The notes: generated by a model not told the origin, from the sequence alone. 64,000 nucleotides of DNA from an uncultured Mycoplasmatota bacterium (GCA_900547775.1 URHW01000001.1:65762-129761), one strand, 5' to 3'; shown: positions 30,662-40,785, counted from the first letter of the stretch. Numbers and translations are program-made.

Positions 30662-31635
30662 TACATCATATCCTTAAATAGCCCGTAGATATATTCTTCT
30701 ATATCGAATGGTTTTAGATCATTTATCTGCTCGCCAAGGCCAATGTATTTTACTGGAAGAGATGTTTCTTCTTTGATTGCAAGAACGATTCCACCTTTGG
30801 CTGTGCCATCCATTTTGGTTAAAACTATACCAGTTATGTTAGTGATTTCTTTAAAGCTTTTGGCTTGACTGATTCCGTTTTGACCGGTTGTAGCGTCAAT
30901 TATTAGAAGTGTTTCATGAGGAGCACCAGGAATAAGTTTACCAATTACTTTATTTATTTTTTCTAGTTCTTTCATTAAACCTATTTTATTTTGAAGTCTA
31001 CCAGCGGTATCTATAAGGATAATGTCAGCATTTTCTTCTTTGGCTTTTTCTAGTCCATCATAGATGACACTTGCTGGGTCAGCATTTTCTTTACCAACGA
31101 ATAGTGAGTTTGTTCTATCTGCCCATTCTTTTAACTGCTCTACAGCACCTGCTCTAAAGGTATCTGCTGCAACTAGCAAGACTTTTTTATTTTGGTTGTT
31201 AAAGAGGTTTGCAAGTTTACCAATTGTGGTAGTTTTACCTACTCCATTAACACCAACCATTAGAATTACAGTTGGGCCATCTGTTTGGATATTTATTTTA
31301 TCTGTTAGAAAGTCTTCTTTAACGTAAATCATGAATAGTTCATCAACGATGACTTCTTTTAGTTCTTCTGTACTTGTGATATTTTCACTTTTAACACGTT
31401 TTTTTAGTTTGTCAGTAAAGTCCATGACTGTTTTAATGCCGATGTCTGCTTTGATTAAAATATTTTCTAATTCGTCAAAATATTCGTCTGTTACTTTAGT
31501 GTATTTGTGTCCAAGAATAGATAAACTGCTTATAAATTCAGTTCTACTTTTTTCTAGACCTTTATCGTATGTTTCACGATTATCGTTAGTTTCTTTTCCT
31601 TTAAAGATTTCTTTAAATTTGTTAAATAATCCCAT
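30661..31635 (-). CDS. ftsY: Signal recognition particle receptor
   Basis: GVNGVGKTTTIGKLA P-loop, DTAGR, and TKMDGTAKGG (SRP GTPase). Confidence 0.85.
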   Translation of the reverse strand: MGLFNKFKEIFKGKETNDNRETYDKGLEKSRTEFISSLSILGHKYTKVTDEYFDELENILIKADIGIKTVMDFTDKLKKRVKSENITSTEELKEVIVDELFMIYVKEDFLTDKINIQTDGPTVILMVGVNGVGKTTTIGKLANLFNNQNKKVLLVAADTFRAGAVEQLKEWADRTNSLFVGKENADPASVIYDGLEKAKEENADIILIDTAGRLQNKIGLMKELEKINKVIGKLIPGAPHETLLIIDATTGQNGISQAKSFKEITNITGIVLTKMDGTAKGGIVLAIKEETSLPVKYIGLGEQINDLKPFDIEEYIYGLFKDMM

Positions 31636-31639
31636 GTTA

Positions 31640-32059
31640 TCACCTACATTCTATATTGCTTCCATCTGCTTCGGGATTGGCGTTATTTATTTTTAGGGTT
31701 ACTGTACCAGAGCACTGCTCATCGTAGTCAGTTAAGTAGTTGTATTTTTTTAGAATATCCATTGATACTTCGATGCCACCTTTTAAGGCATTTCTTGTGC
31801 TTAGACAGTAAGATTCACCTTGAGTTTCAGTTAAGATGTTTTCCGTTTTTAAGATGTTTAGAGCTTCACTATCACATGTGTTTAAGTCTGTTATAAGTAG
31901 TAAAGCACTTTCTTCAGCGTTTTTGATATTCATTTTTCTTAGGGCATCTTTGGAATTTGATAGTTGTTTAGTTACTGCTGGTATTACTATAACCATGATG
32001 ATTCCTAAAACAGCAATTACAGAGATGAGTTCTACTAAGGTAAATCCTTTTTGTTTCAT
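31640..32059 (-). CDS. Type IV pilin / ComGC-like pseudopilin (orphan)
   Basis: Internal start MKQKGFTLVELISVIAVLGIIMVIVIPAV is a class III prepilin signal (G/FTLVE). AGGAGG lies 5 nt upstream (revcomp of 32060-32075). Two C-terminal Cys pairs. No stop codon separates it from queH upstream. Confidence 0.65.
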   Translation of the reverse strand: MKQKGFTLVELISVIAVLGIIMVIVIPAVTKQLSNSKDALRKMNIKNAEESALLLITDLNTCDSEALNILKTENILTETQGESYCLSTRNALKGGIEVSMDILKKYNYLTDYDEQCSGTVTLKINNANPEADGSNIECR

Positions 32060-32641
32060 ACGTTCCTCCTTACTATATATACAGCCACAATAGTCTTGTC
32101 TATATAGATTATATTTTTTAGATAGTTCAATGCTTCTTTTATAGCCTTCTTCTTTTTTGAAGTCTGCTGGCAAAAAGTTAATACCTTCTTTTTCGGCTTC
32201 TTTAAAACCAATTTTGTTGATAAGTTCACTGTTTTTATGAGGACTTACAGTTAATGTTGTACCGAAGTAATCAAAGTTATTTTCTTTAGCAAGTTTGGCG
32301 GTTTTAGATAATCTTAGCATAAAGCATAGGGTACATCTTGCCCCACCTTCTTTTTCTTCCTCGGTTCCTTTGATTTTTTCGTGATAGATATCATTATCAT
32401 AATCACAGTCCATGTATTTAATATTTAACTCTTTAAGAAGTCTTATTTGTTCAGATTTTCTTTTTTCGTATTCTTCTTTTGGTTCAATGTTTGGATTATA
32501 ATATAGGACAGTTATATCAAAATATGATTTTAATCTTTCAATAACACTTGATGAACATGGCCCACAGCAACTATGCAAGAGGATTGTTTTTTTATTATCA
32601 AATGTTTTTATTATTTTTTTCATTTCTTCATTGTAGTTCAT
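32060..32641 (-). CDS. queH: Epoxyqueuosine reductase QueH (DUF208), read through into the pilin gene
   Basis: LLHSCCGPCSS, CTLCF and a C-terminal DYCGCIYS. The ORF continues in frame ...SKEER-MKQKGFTLVE with no stop (ORF track 31640..32641). Confidence 0.65.
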
Positions 32642-32643
32642 AT

Positions 32644-33357
32644 TTACTCCTCATAAAGTGTTAATACATATCTTTCATAGTTACCACTATCTAGGTTTAG
32701 GACACCTTTTTTATCTTTAAGACTTGCATATATTTGATTATAATAAGATAAGACGTTACATTTTTTGACGTTTATGTAGACAGTATTTCCGTCTTTCATT
32801 TTTAGTTTGAATCTGGTACTATCTATTGTTTCGCCTGTTTCATTTTTACTTGGTGAATATTCGATTTCACTGATGTCAGCGATAATATCTTCGTCTAGTT
32901 TGCCCAATTCTTCGGCAAAGTTTTTTAAAACGTCTTCTGGGGTGTAATTATTTAACTGAGGCACTCCTAGAAAGTTCTTATCATTTATATAGGTTCCATT
33001 TGATAGAAGATAACTTTGATTGGTTAAGTTATATGCGACTACTTTTTCTTCAGTAACATTGATTGTTATTTGAAATTTGAAATTTTTCTTAATTTGTACA
33101 TCTTTTATAAACGGATTTTGTTTTAAGGTTTTAGTAATTTTTGATTTGTTGATGCTTATAAATGATGGATAGTTTTTAAGGTTTGCTGCTTCGATTATTT
33201 CGTAGTCTTTTACTTCTTTGTTTCCAGTTATGATTATATTTTTAACTGGTCTTTTTAAAAGGTAATATGTTCCATTTATGACTAGATAAACTAGTAAAAT
33301 GAGAATTAAAAATTTTTTAAAATTAAATTTTCTTTTAACTACCTTTTTAGTTTTCAT
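32644..33357 (-). CDS. Cell division protein DivIB/FtsQ
   Basis: N-terminal TM and POTRA-like region, C-terminal beta domain. Sits between murG and the SRP genes. Confidence 0.6.
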   Translation of the reverse strand: MKTKKVVKRKFNFKKFLILILLVYLVINGTYYLLKRPVKNIIITGNKEVKDYEIIEAANLKNYPSFISINKSKITKTLKQNPFIKDVQIKKNFKFQITINVTEEKVVAYNLTNQSYLLSNGTYINDKNFLGVPQLNNYTPEDVLKNFAEELGKLDEDIIADISEIEYSPSKNETGETIDSTRFKLKMKDGNTVYINVKKCNVLSYYNQIYASLKDKKGVLNLDSGNYERYVLTLYEE

Positions 33358-33368
33358 GTTTTCTCCTT

Positions 33369-34442
33369 TTATTCTTTAATTAATTCTTTGATTTTTTCAT
33401 ATATTAGAGTACTACTGTTATCAATGCTCATTTTTTTTGCGTTTTCGCTTATTTCTTTGTATAGTTTTTCGTTTGTTAGAAGTTTATTTATTTCTTCTTT
33501 TAGTTTGTCTTTTGTTAAATCTTTTTCTTCAATCATGATACCGGCATTTGCATCACTTAAACTTTTAGCATTGTAATATTGGTGATTATTTGCGACATAT
33601 GGGCTTGGAATAAGAATGCTTGGTTTACCTAAAGCCATTATTTCACTTATAACACTTGCTCCTGCTCTTGTTACTAGAATGTCGATGTCTTTAATTAAAG
33701 CACTCATATTATCGATGTATGGCACTATGTGAACATTTTTAGAGAAGTCTTTAGGAAATGCATCAAAGTAACTTTTACCAGTAACGTATATAACGTCGTA
33801 GTTTTCTTCTTTAATACTTCTTAAGTATTCTTCCATTTTTTTGTTTATAATACCACTACCTAGGCTACCTTGAACGATTAGAACGCATTTATGGTTTAGA
33901 GGCACACCAAATTCTTTTTTACTAATTGGTTTTCTGTCAATAGCCATTTCACCGCAAGGATTACCGGATAGGAAGGCATTATTGCCAAAATATTTTAAAG
34001 TGTCTTTAAATGATACACCAATAAGGTCTACTTTTTTACTTAATACTTTGTTGCTTTTTCCTGGAATGCTATTTTGTTCGTGGATAAATGTTTTGATTTT
34101 TAGTTTTCTAGCGGCTCTTAGAACTGGAAATGTTACATAGCCACCTACTCCAATGACTATATCCGGTTTAAATTCTTTCATTATTTTCAAACATTTCTTT
34201 TCAGCTTTTAAAATTAGGCCAATATTTTTAATGTCTCTTTTAATCATCGTTTTACTGAAACCGTAGATTTCGATACTTTCATATTTGATATTTTCTTTTG
34301 GCACAATATCTTTTTCCATACGATTGTGAGTACCAATGTAAAGAATATCACTATTTGGTTCTTTTTCTTTTATTTTTTTAACAATTGCTAGGGCAGGATA
34401 AATATGACCCCCTGTACCGCCAGCACTAATTATTACTTTCAT
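33369..34442 (-). CDS. murG: UDP-GlcNAc:lipid I N-acetylglucosaminyltransferase
   Basis: N-terminal GGTGGHIYPALA and a C-terminal GT-B domain. Confidence 0.85.
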   Translation of the reverse strand: MKVIISAGGTGGHIYPALAIVKKIKEKEPNSDILYIGTHNRMEKDIVPKENIKYESIEIYGFSKTMIKRDIKNIGLILKAEKKCLKIMKEFKPDIVIGVGGYVTFPVLRAARKLKIKTFIHEQNSIPGKSNKVLSKKVDLIGVSFKDTLKYFGNNAFLSGNPCGEMAIDRKPISKKEFGVPLNHKCVLIVQGSLGSGIINKKMEEYLRSIKEENYDVIYVTGKSYFDAFPKDFSKNVHIVPYIDNMSALIKDIDILVTRAGASVISEIMALGKPSILIPSPYVANNHQYYNAKSLSDANAGIMIEEKDLTKDKLKEEINKLLTNEKLYKEISENAKKMSIDNSSTLIYEKIKELIKE

Positions 34443-34483
34443 GTAATCACCTATTTCTATTATATAATAAATACCTCTTTTTT

Positions 34484-35242
34484 TTAATTATTTTGTAAGA
34501 GTTTATTGTAAAGAGTCTCTAATTCTTCGTTTTTGATAAGGGAAAATGGTTTATTTAAGATAGTTTCATCAATATTAAGGCCATTTACAATTTCTTTTGC
34601 TTCTTTTTGGGTGAGATTATCTCTAATTATTAAACTTTCAATAATCGCATTTTTGCATTTTTTATGATCTAAGTTATAGATTTTTTGAAATAGTTCCTCT
34701 ATTTTTGTTAGTTCTTTTTTGGGTGTTAATCTAACTAGACAAGATGTTACCCTAGGTGATGGATTAAAGGCTTCTTTAGGAACGTCAATTATTTTTTCAA
34801 TATTAAAGAAGACGTTAGTCATTAAACTTAAATATGTGATTTTTTTATCAATGACATTCATGCAGTAATTTTTCCCCATCATCATAATTAGTTCATCAAA
34901 GTTCTCTTTGGTTAGTTTTTTTATGAAGGGCTCAATGATACTGTATGGGATGCTAGTGATGATTTTATTTACTTTAGGCCATGGTTCTTTGATGGCATCG
35001 CCAATAATGATGTTTATATTTGGTATTTCTTTTAAGTATTCTTCTAAACGTTCGTCTTTTTCGATTACTGTAAGTTTTTTTACTTTGGGTGCGATAATTT
35101 TTGTTAGAATGCCTTTGCCGGGACCTATTTCTAAGCATATATCATTTTTTGTAAGATTAGACGCTTCAATAAATTTATTTATAACTGTTTCACTTACTAG
35201 AAAATGTTGGTCCAAATTATCAGTGTTATTTTTAAAGTTCAT
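34484..35242 (-). CDS. rRNA adenine N6-dimethyltransferase family (KsgA/RsmA or Erm-like)
   Basis: QHFL, EIGPGKGILT and SIPYSI motifs. 252 aa with an SIPY motif is closer to Erm proportions. Cannot be assigned from sequence alone. Confidence 0.6.
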   Translation of the reverse strand: MNFKNNTDNLDQHFLVSETVINKFIEASNLTKNDICLEIGPGKGILTKIIAPKVKKLTVIEKDERLEEYLKEIPNINIIIGDAIKEPWPKVNKIITSIPYSIIEPFIKKLTKENFDELIMMMGKNYCMNVIDKKITYLSLMTNVFFNIEKIIDVPKEAFNPSPRVTSCLVRLTPKKELTKIEELFQKIYNLDHKKCKNAIIESLIIRDNLTQKEAKEIVNGLNIDETILNKPFSLIKNEELETLYNKLLQNN

Positions 35243-36557
35243 GGTTAATCCTTTCTAGTTCTTCTTTGGCTTTAGTTATGCCGTTATTAAGAGCAATTTT
35301 TAAGTACTCTACCCCTTTATTTTTATCTTCTTTGACAATTTCATTTGGCGTTAGATAGAAGTATTTTGCAAGATTATAGTAACCATAATAGTATTTTTCC
35401 AGAACTGGGGCTTCAATTGATTTTTGATAGTAGAAGAAAGCTTTTTGGTAGTCTCCTTTTTTCCTTGATATTTCACCTAATTTGTTTAGAGCCCAGCTTT
35501 CATTGTTATCTGCTGATAGTTTATAATAGTTTAAGGCTTTTTCTTCATCGATGTTTTCGTAGTATCTACCAAGATTGTTATAGGCATATACATAACCTAG
35601 TTCTGCTGCTTTAGTGTAGCACTCTAGGGCTTTATCAATGTCTTTTTTGTTATCTAGAGTAAAGCCATTATAGTAAAAGTTTCCTAGGGTGTTAATAGCG
35701 GCAATGCTTCCTAGTTTGATGGCTTTATTAATGTATTCATAAGCAAACTCTGTGGTATATCCAGATATCTTTTTATAATAGATAAGGTTAGCTACCATCC
35801 ATGATGCTTTAGGGTGATTTTTCTTTGCAGCTTTAAGATAATAATTAAAGCACGATTCATAGTTTACTTTACCAGTGATTAAGCCGGAGTATTCTAGAGA
35901 GCCAAGTTCAGCAAGTGCATACATATTATTTCTTTTAGCTAGTATTTTAAGTGAATTTATGTAACTTACTCCTTCTTGCAAGTTTATTTGTAAGTATTCA
36001 GCAAGTTCTTTACTTTTGATATCTATTTTAGTTTCATAGTTTGCAAGGGGTTGCTCGTTTTCTAGGATAGCATAGAAAAGAATTAGAACAAATGCATTGT
36101 ATAAGTCATTTTTTTCATAGTAGTTAATAATTTTATTTAAGTATTCTTCTTTTATTGATGTATCTGTTTTGGCAATGCTTATTAGGTTATCAATTACTTT
36201 TGATAGTCTTTTATTTGAGTTTATTATTTTAAGTGCATCGTCTTCTTCTGTATAGATTATTTCATCTAAGATGCTTACGATACTTAATACGATTTTAGTT
36301 AAGGAGTTTTCATCTTCTTCATATAATTTTTGATAGTCGTAGTAAATTTTTTTATAGTCCATGCTTATTGCTCTGTATCCAATGCAGTAGTTATTTACGG
36401 TTTTAGAACTAATGTCATTTATATTAAAAAGTGAACAAAATATTTCGGTTTGAATGCTTGTCAATTTGTTTGTGGAGTTTTTTTTGATTGAATTAAAGAG
36501 ATTACCTAGTGATAGATAGTCTTTACCTTCATTCATTTTAATAAATGCTTTTTTCAT
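35232..36557 (-). CDS. Sel1/TPR-like repeat protein
   Basis: Repeated A..G...A...LG..Y..G units. Start set at MKKAF with AAGGAGG 5 nt upstream. Confidence 0.6.
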   Translation of the reverse strand: MKKAFIKMNEGKDYLSLGNLFNSIKKNSTNKLTSIQTEIFCSLFNINDISSKTVNNYCIGYRAISMDYKKIYYDYQKLYEEDENSLTKIVLSIVSILDEIIYTEEDDALKIINSNKRLSKVIDNLISIAKTDTSIKEEYLNKIINYYEKNDLYNAFVLILFYAILENEQPLANYETKIDIKSKELAEYLQINLQEGVSYINSLKILAKRNNMYALAELGSLEYSGLITGKVNYESCFNYYLKAAKKNHPKASWMVANLIYYKKISGYTTEFAYEYINKAIKLGSIAAINTLGNFYYNGFTLDNKKDIDKALECYTKAAELGYVYAYNNLGRYYENIDEEKALNYYKLSADNNESWALNKLGEISRKKGDYQKAFFYYQKSIEAPVLEKYYYGYYNLAKYFYLTPNEIVKEDKNKGVEYLKIALNNGITKAKEELERINHEL

Positions 36558-36686
36558 GTGACCTCCTTTGCACATATATTTTAGCATATTTTTCTTAATT
36601 TTGTTAGGGGTGTGGAATTTACGTGGAATACCTTTATTTATATAAATGAAGTCTTTTTAATATAATTTTATTGGAAAGGAAAAATT

Positions 36687-37919
36687 ATGAAGAAGATAAT
36701 TAAAAATTATAAACAATCTATTATATTGATAGGTTCACTTATTATAGGTACAATCGTTGGATTAATATTTAAGGAGAAAGCTACTGTTTTGGAACCACTA
36801 GGTACGTTATTTATTAATATGTTACTTGTTGTTGTAGTACCACTTATTTTCTTATCTATTACAACGTCAATTGGTAAGATTGATAAACCTAAGAGAGTTG
36901 GTAAGATATTAAGGAGTATTATTATAGCATTTGTATTTACTTCACTTGTTAGTGTTGTTATTGGACTTACTTCACTTAAAATAAGACTTGTTGATAGTGG
37001 TGATGCCAAGAAGATTACGGCTTTACTTGATGAGTCTACAGAGGTAAGTGATGATGCTTCTGTACTTGATAAGTTAGTTAATTCAGTAAGTACTAATGAT
37101 TTTGTTAATTTACTTAGTAAGAATAATATTCTAGCTCTTATTGTTATTTCTATTTTAAGTGGTCTTGCAATTAATAAGAGTGGTGAGAAAGGAAAGAGTT
37201 TTCTTAAAGTATTAGATAGTGCTTATGAGGTATTACAGAATCTTATAAAGATACTTATGTATTATGCACCAATTGGACTTGGATGTTATTTTGCATCATT
37301 TACGGGTACGTTTGGAGCAAGTGTTACACAAGGATTTGTTAAGATGCTTGTAATATATACGATACTAGTTCTATTTGTATATTTTGTTATTTATAGTTTA
37401 TATGCTTATATGGCAGCTGGTAAGATTGGAGTTAAGAAATACTGGGCTAATATTATTCCTGCTAGTGTTACTGCTCTATCTACATGTAGTTCTGCTGCAT
37501 CTATACCAGTTAATACTGAGTGTGCTAAGAAAATTGGTGTTAGTGAAGATATTGCTAGTCCAACTATTACACTTGGAACATCATTTCATAAGGATGGTTC
37601 TATTATAGGTAGTGTATTTAAGATTATGTTCTTAGTTTATTTATTTGATATGCCAGTTAGTGGAATTAAAGTTTTAGGTGTATCATTACTTGCTACTATT
37701 TTAGTTACTGCTGTACCTATTGGTGGTGGTACTATATCAGAGATGCTTATTTTAAAACTTATGGGATTTCCAGTAGCAGCACTACCAATTCTTACTATTA
37801 TTGCTACGATAATTGATGCGCCAGCTACTCTTTTAAATGTTACTGGTGACTGTGCTAGTTCTATGTTAGTATCTAGAATGGTTGATGGTAAAGACTCATT
37901 AAAAAAAGAACTTGAATAA
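36687..37919 (+). CDS. Dicarboxylate/amino acid:cation symporter (DAACS; SstT/GltP-like)
   Basis: 410 aa with 8-10 TM helices and hairpin-like SAASIP/ITLGTSF and GGGTISE segments. Confidence 0.7.
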   Translation: MKKIIKNYKQSIILIGSLIIGTIVGLIFKEKATVLEPLGTLFINMLLVVVVPLIFLSITTSIGKIDKPKRVGKILRSIIIAFVFTSLVSVVIGLTSLKIRLVDSGDAKKITALLDESTEVSDDASVLDKLVNSVSTNDFVNLLSKNNILALIVISILSGLAINKSGEKGKSFLKVLDSAYEVLQNLIKILMYYAPIGLGCYFASFTGTFGASVTQGFVKMLVIYTILVLFVYFVIYSLYAYMAAGKIGVKKYWANIIPASVTALSTCSSAASIPVNTECAKKIGVSEDIASPTITLGTSFHKDGSIIGSVFKIMFLVYLFDMPVSGIKVLGVSLLATILVTAVPIGGGTISEMLILKLMGFPVAALPILTIIATIIDAPATLLNVTGDCASSMLVSRMVDGKDSLKKELE

Positions 37920-37997
37920 AAAAAGCACTTTGTAGTATAATTAATTTAAGGAAGAGCACTAACCCCTGAAAGTTAGGCTTCTCCACTATTGTGTTTT

Positions 37998-38035
37998 GAA
38001 GCTACTTAACAGGTTAGTTAGTAGCTTCTTTTTTT
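37998..38035 (+). terminator. Rho-independent terminator of the symporter gene
   Basis: gaagctact-N13-agtagcttc hairpin followed by TTTTTTT. Confidence 0.6.
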
Positions 38036-38117
38036 AATATTTTATAGTGATTATAAAAATTATCAAAAGGATTACTAAGATGCATAACAATTGAAGTATT
38101 TCTTTAATTTGTTTCAT
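38034..38117 (-). CDS. 27-aa hydrophobic peptide, candidate type I toxin
   Basis: MKQIKEILQLLCILVILLIIFIITIKY with GGGGTGA 8 nt upstream of the ATG. Sits between convergent genes. Flanked by inverted 13-mers gttaggcttctcc (37971-37983) and ggagaagcctaac (38153-38165). Confidence 0.25.
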   Translation of the reverse strand: MKQIKEILQLLCILVILLIIFIITIKY

Positions 38118-38287
38118 CTTTTCATCACCCCTTTCACACTTAAAATGTAAAAGGAGAAGCCTAACATAGTACCCTTCAATGAGGTATAATAGCATAATTA
38201 TTAAACTAGTGCAAACCCTTTATTTATGCTGGTTTGCAGACTTTTAAAATCTGTGATTTTAACATAAAAAACGCCTTAAATGACGTT

Positions 38288-39685
38288 TTAAATTGTTTTT
38301 TCATCACTTATATTTAATGTTTTTAAGTAGTTTTCTACTTCTTCTTTATCACTGAAGTGATGTTTTTGTTTACCAATAATTTGGTAGTCTTCATGACCTT
38401 TTCCTAGTATTAAGAGAGTGTCTCCTGGTTTAATCATGTTAAGGCCAGAGATGATAGCTTTTCTTCTGTCTGGTTCTACTATGTAGTTTTCTTCAGTTAC
38501 TCCTTTTAAGATGTCTTTTAGGATATCTAGTTCATTTTCTTCTCTTGGATTATCATCTGTGAAGATAACGAAGTCTGATAAGTTAGATGCTATGTTTCCC
38601 ATTATAGGTCTTTTAAGTGGATCACGGTTACCACCACAGCCAACTATTGTTATGATTTTTCCATTAGTAACTTCTCTATTTGAAGTGATTATTTTTTCAA
38701 CAGCATCTGGTGTATGCGCATAGTCAATGATTGCTCTAGCACCATTTACTCCTATTATTTCATTTCTTCCTTTTGGTGGTTTTAATTTAGAAGCACAACT
38801 TATAACTTTTGTTGGATCAAATCCCATTGATGTTACTAGTCCTAGAGAGGTTAAATAGTTGTAAATATTAAACTCACATAACATGTTTGTTCTTACACCG
38901 AATTGTCTGTCAAAATATTTAAACCATATTTTTGTACCAGTAGCATCTGGTTCATAATCCATAAAAGCAATATCACCAGTTTTACCGATTTTAACTGTGT
39001 TTTCTGTTTCAAAATCTTTGGCGTGAGGATCATCATTATTTACAATCATCTTTGCTTCTGGTTTTAGGTGTGTAAGAATTTTTTGTTTTGCTTTTAGATA
39101 TTCCTCCATAGTTTTATGATAATCTAGATGATCTTCAGTTAGATTGGTAAATGCTGCTACATCGAAGTTAATACCATCTATTCTTCCTAAGGATAAAGCG
39201 TGACTACTTACTTCCATTACAATATATTTTACACCTTGTTCTTTAGCTTCATAAATCAAGTTATAAAGAGTTAGAATGTCAGGTGTTGTGTTTGGTAGTT
39301 CTCTTACTAGTTCTCCGTTTATATAAAAACCGATTGTACCAATGTATGCAGATGACTCGCCTAGTTCATTTAAGGTTTCACTTGTTAATAATGCAGTTGT
39401 TGTTTTTCCATTAGTTCCAGTAATACCAATAAATTTTAGATCTTTAAAATCTTTAGAATAATCTTTACTTAAAGTTTCTCTTAGATATTCTGTAGTATCT
39501 TTGACAATTAATGTTGGTACTTTATATTCTCCGTGTTCAGCGACGATGAATCTGGCACCTTTATTAATTGCTTCTTCTATATATTGGTGACCATCAACTG
39601 TGTTTCCTTTTATTGCGACAAATGTGTCACCTGGCTCTACTAATTTTGAATTTGTTTTAATTTTTAACATATTTTTTGCCTCCAT
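38288..39685 (-). CDS. murE: UDP-MurNAc-tripeptide synthetase, probably meso-DAP-adding
   Basis: Mur ligase P-loop GITGTNGKTTT and C-terminal DDNPREE (DNPR motif, associated with mDAP specificity). Confidence 0.85.
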   Translation of the reverse strand: MEAKNMLKIKTNSKLVEPGDTFVAIKGNTVDGHQYIEEAINKGARFIVAEHGEYKVPTLIVKDTTEYLRETLSKDYSKDFKDLKFIGITGTNGKTTTALLTSETLNELGESSAYIGTIGFYINGELVRELPNTTPDILTLYNLIYEAKEQGVKYIVMEVSSHALSLGRIDGINFDVAAFTNLTEDHLDYHKTMEEYLKAKQKILTHLKPEAKMIVNNDDPHAKDFETENTVKIGKTGDIAFMDYEPDATGTKIWFKYFDRQFGVRTNMLCEFNIYNYLTSLGLVTSMGFDPTKVISCASKLKPPKGRNEIIGVNGARAIIDYAHTPDAVEKIITSNREVTNGKIITIVGCGGNRDPLKRPIMGNIASNLSDFVIFTDDNPREENELDILKDILKGVTEENYIVEPDRRKAIISGLNMIKPGDTLLILGKGHEDYQIIGKQKHHFSDKEEVENYLKTLNISDEKTI

Positions 39686-39747
39686 AATAATTATACGTCT
39701 TTTAATAATGGTTTTGCTTTTAGTTATTCCACATGTGGAAAAAAGAG

Positions 39748-39963
39748 TTAGTCGGTAACCCTTGTAACATTGTATCCGTATGCTTCAAGAATTGCGGTAA
39801 CTCTTTTACTTTTTACTCCCTTGGCACAGTAGATGTAATATTTCTTCTTTTTATCAAAATATTTTTGATGATTTAGTATTAAATTTTCGTATGCACCTTG
39901 ATATTTTTCTAGATTAATTAGTGTGCCACCTTTAGGAATATCTTTTATATTAATGGTTTTCAT
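39748..39963 (-). CDS. Single-domain rhodanese-like protein
   Basis: YCAKGVKSKRVTAILEAYGYNV is an active-site Cys loop. Confidence 0.55.
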   Translation of the reverse strand: MKTINIKDIPKGGTLINLEKYQGAYENLILNHQKYFDKKKKYYIYCAKGVKSKRVTAILEAYGYNVTRVTD

Positions 39964-40026
39964 ATTGTATTGTATGATTATTATTTTTAGGTGTATAAAA
40001 AAAGAGCCTAGTTAACTGGCTCATCA

Positions 40027-40785
40027 TTACCATGGTGTGTTGCAAAGTGGATAGTATAAATTATCACTTTTTACTTGTTCGATTTTTCCATCTTTAAATG
40101 TATATTTATTTTCAGTAACAATCTCTGATTTACTTATGTCTTTAGGTAATACTAATTCTGATAGATAATCATCAACAACATCAATAGTTTTCCTATCTAA
40201 ACACTGCATATTTTCAGTTTGTTTTTGGTAGGTTTCATAAGTTACTACACCGTAATCTTGATTAAATCCTAGATCTTTAAGATTCTTAAATTCTTTAGTT
40301 GTTTTATTTTCACTTATTGCAAGATTATTTAAATTTGGTACATTAAATAGGTAATAATTGTAATTATTATCAGAAGTTATCTTTTTAATATTAAATATAT
40401 CTCGATGATTATTATCTTCGATGTCATATATATAAACTTCACATTCTTTCCAAGTATTTATTGGGAATACGTCAATTCCTCCAACCCTATCTTTATACAA
40501 ATCTAAATTATATGTATATATTGATTTATTATTTACAAGGTAATCAATTTTATTATTTTTTTTGCCATCTTCTACTTTATAAATTGCTATTTTATATTCA
40601 TTATTATCCAAAGTTTTTGATGTTGTGCATAGTTTAGTTTCTTTTACATCTTTTTGAGTGTTGTTATCTGTATTATTAACTTTATTATTTTTATTGAAAC
40701 TAATTACGTCTGTTACACATAAAATGCTAAATATACAAGCACATACTATGAGTGCAATGATTGCTCCAAATATAGTATTTTTCAT
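40027..40785 (-). CDS. Signal-anchored extracellular protein at the distal end of the secretion locus
   Basis: N-terminal hydrophobic anchor, Asn/Thr-rich linker, then a beta-rich domain with two Cys. Hairpin gagcc-agttaacta-ggctc plus T-run lies just after its stop on the minus strand (39998-40030). Confidence 0.4.
   Translation of the reverse strand: MKNTIFGAIIALIVCACIFSILCVTDVISFNKNNKVNNTDNNTQKDVKETKLCTTSKTLDNNEYKIAIYKVEDGKKNNKIDYLVNNKSIYTYNLDLYKDRVGGIDVFPINTWKECEVYIYDIEDNNHRDIFNIKKITSDNNYNYYLFNVPNLNNLAISENKTTKEFKNLKDLGFNQDYGVVTYETYQKQTENMQCLDRKTIDVVDDYLSELVLPKDISKSEIVTENKYTFKDGKIEQVKSDNLYYPLCNTPW

Noticed and set aside
38200-38288. Hairpin gcaaacc...ggtttgc downstream of murE as its terminator
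   Set aside because: The stem is present but the flanking T-run on the minus strand is interrupted, so it was not listed as a confident terminator.
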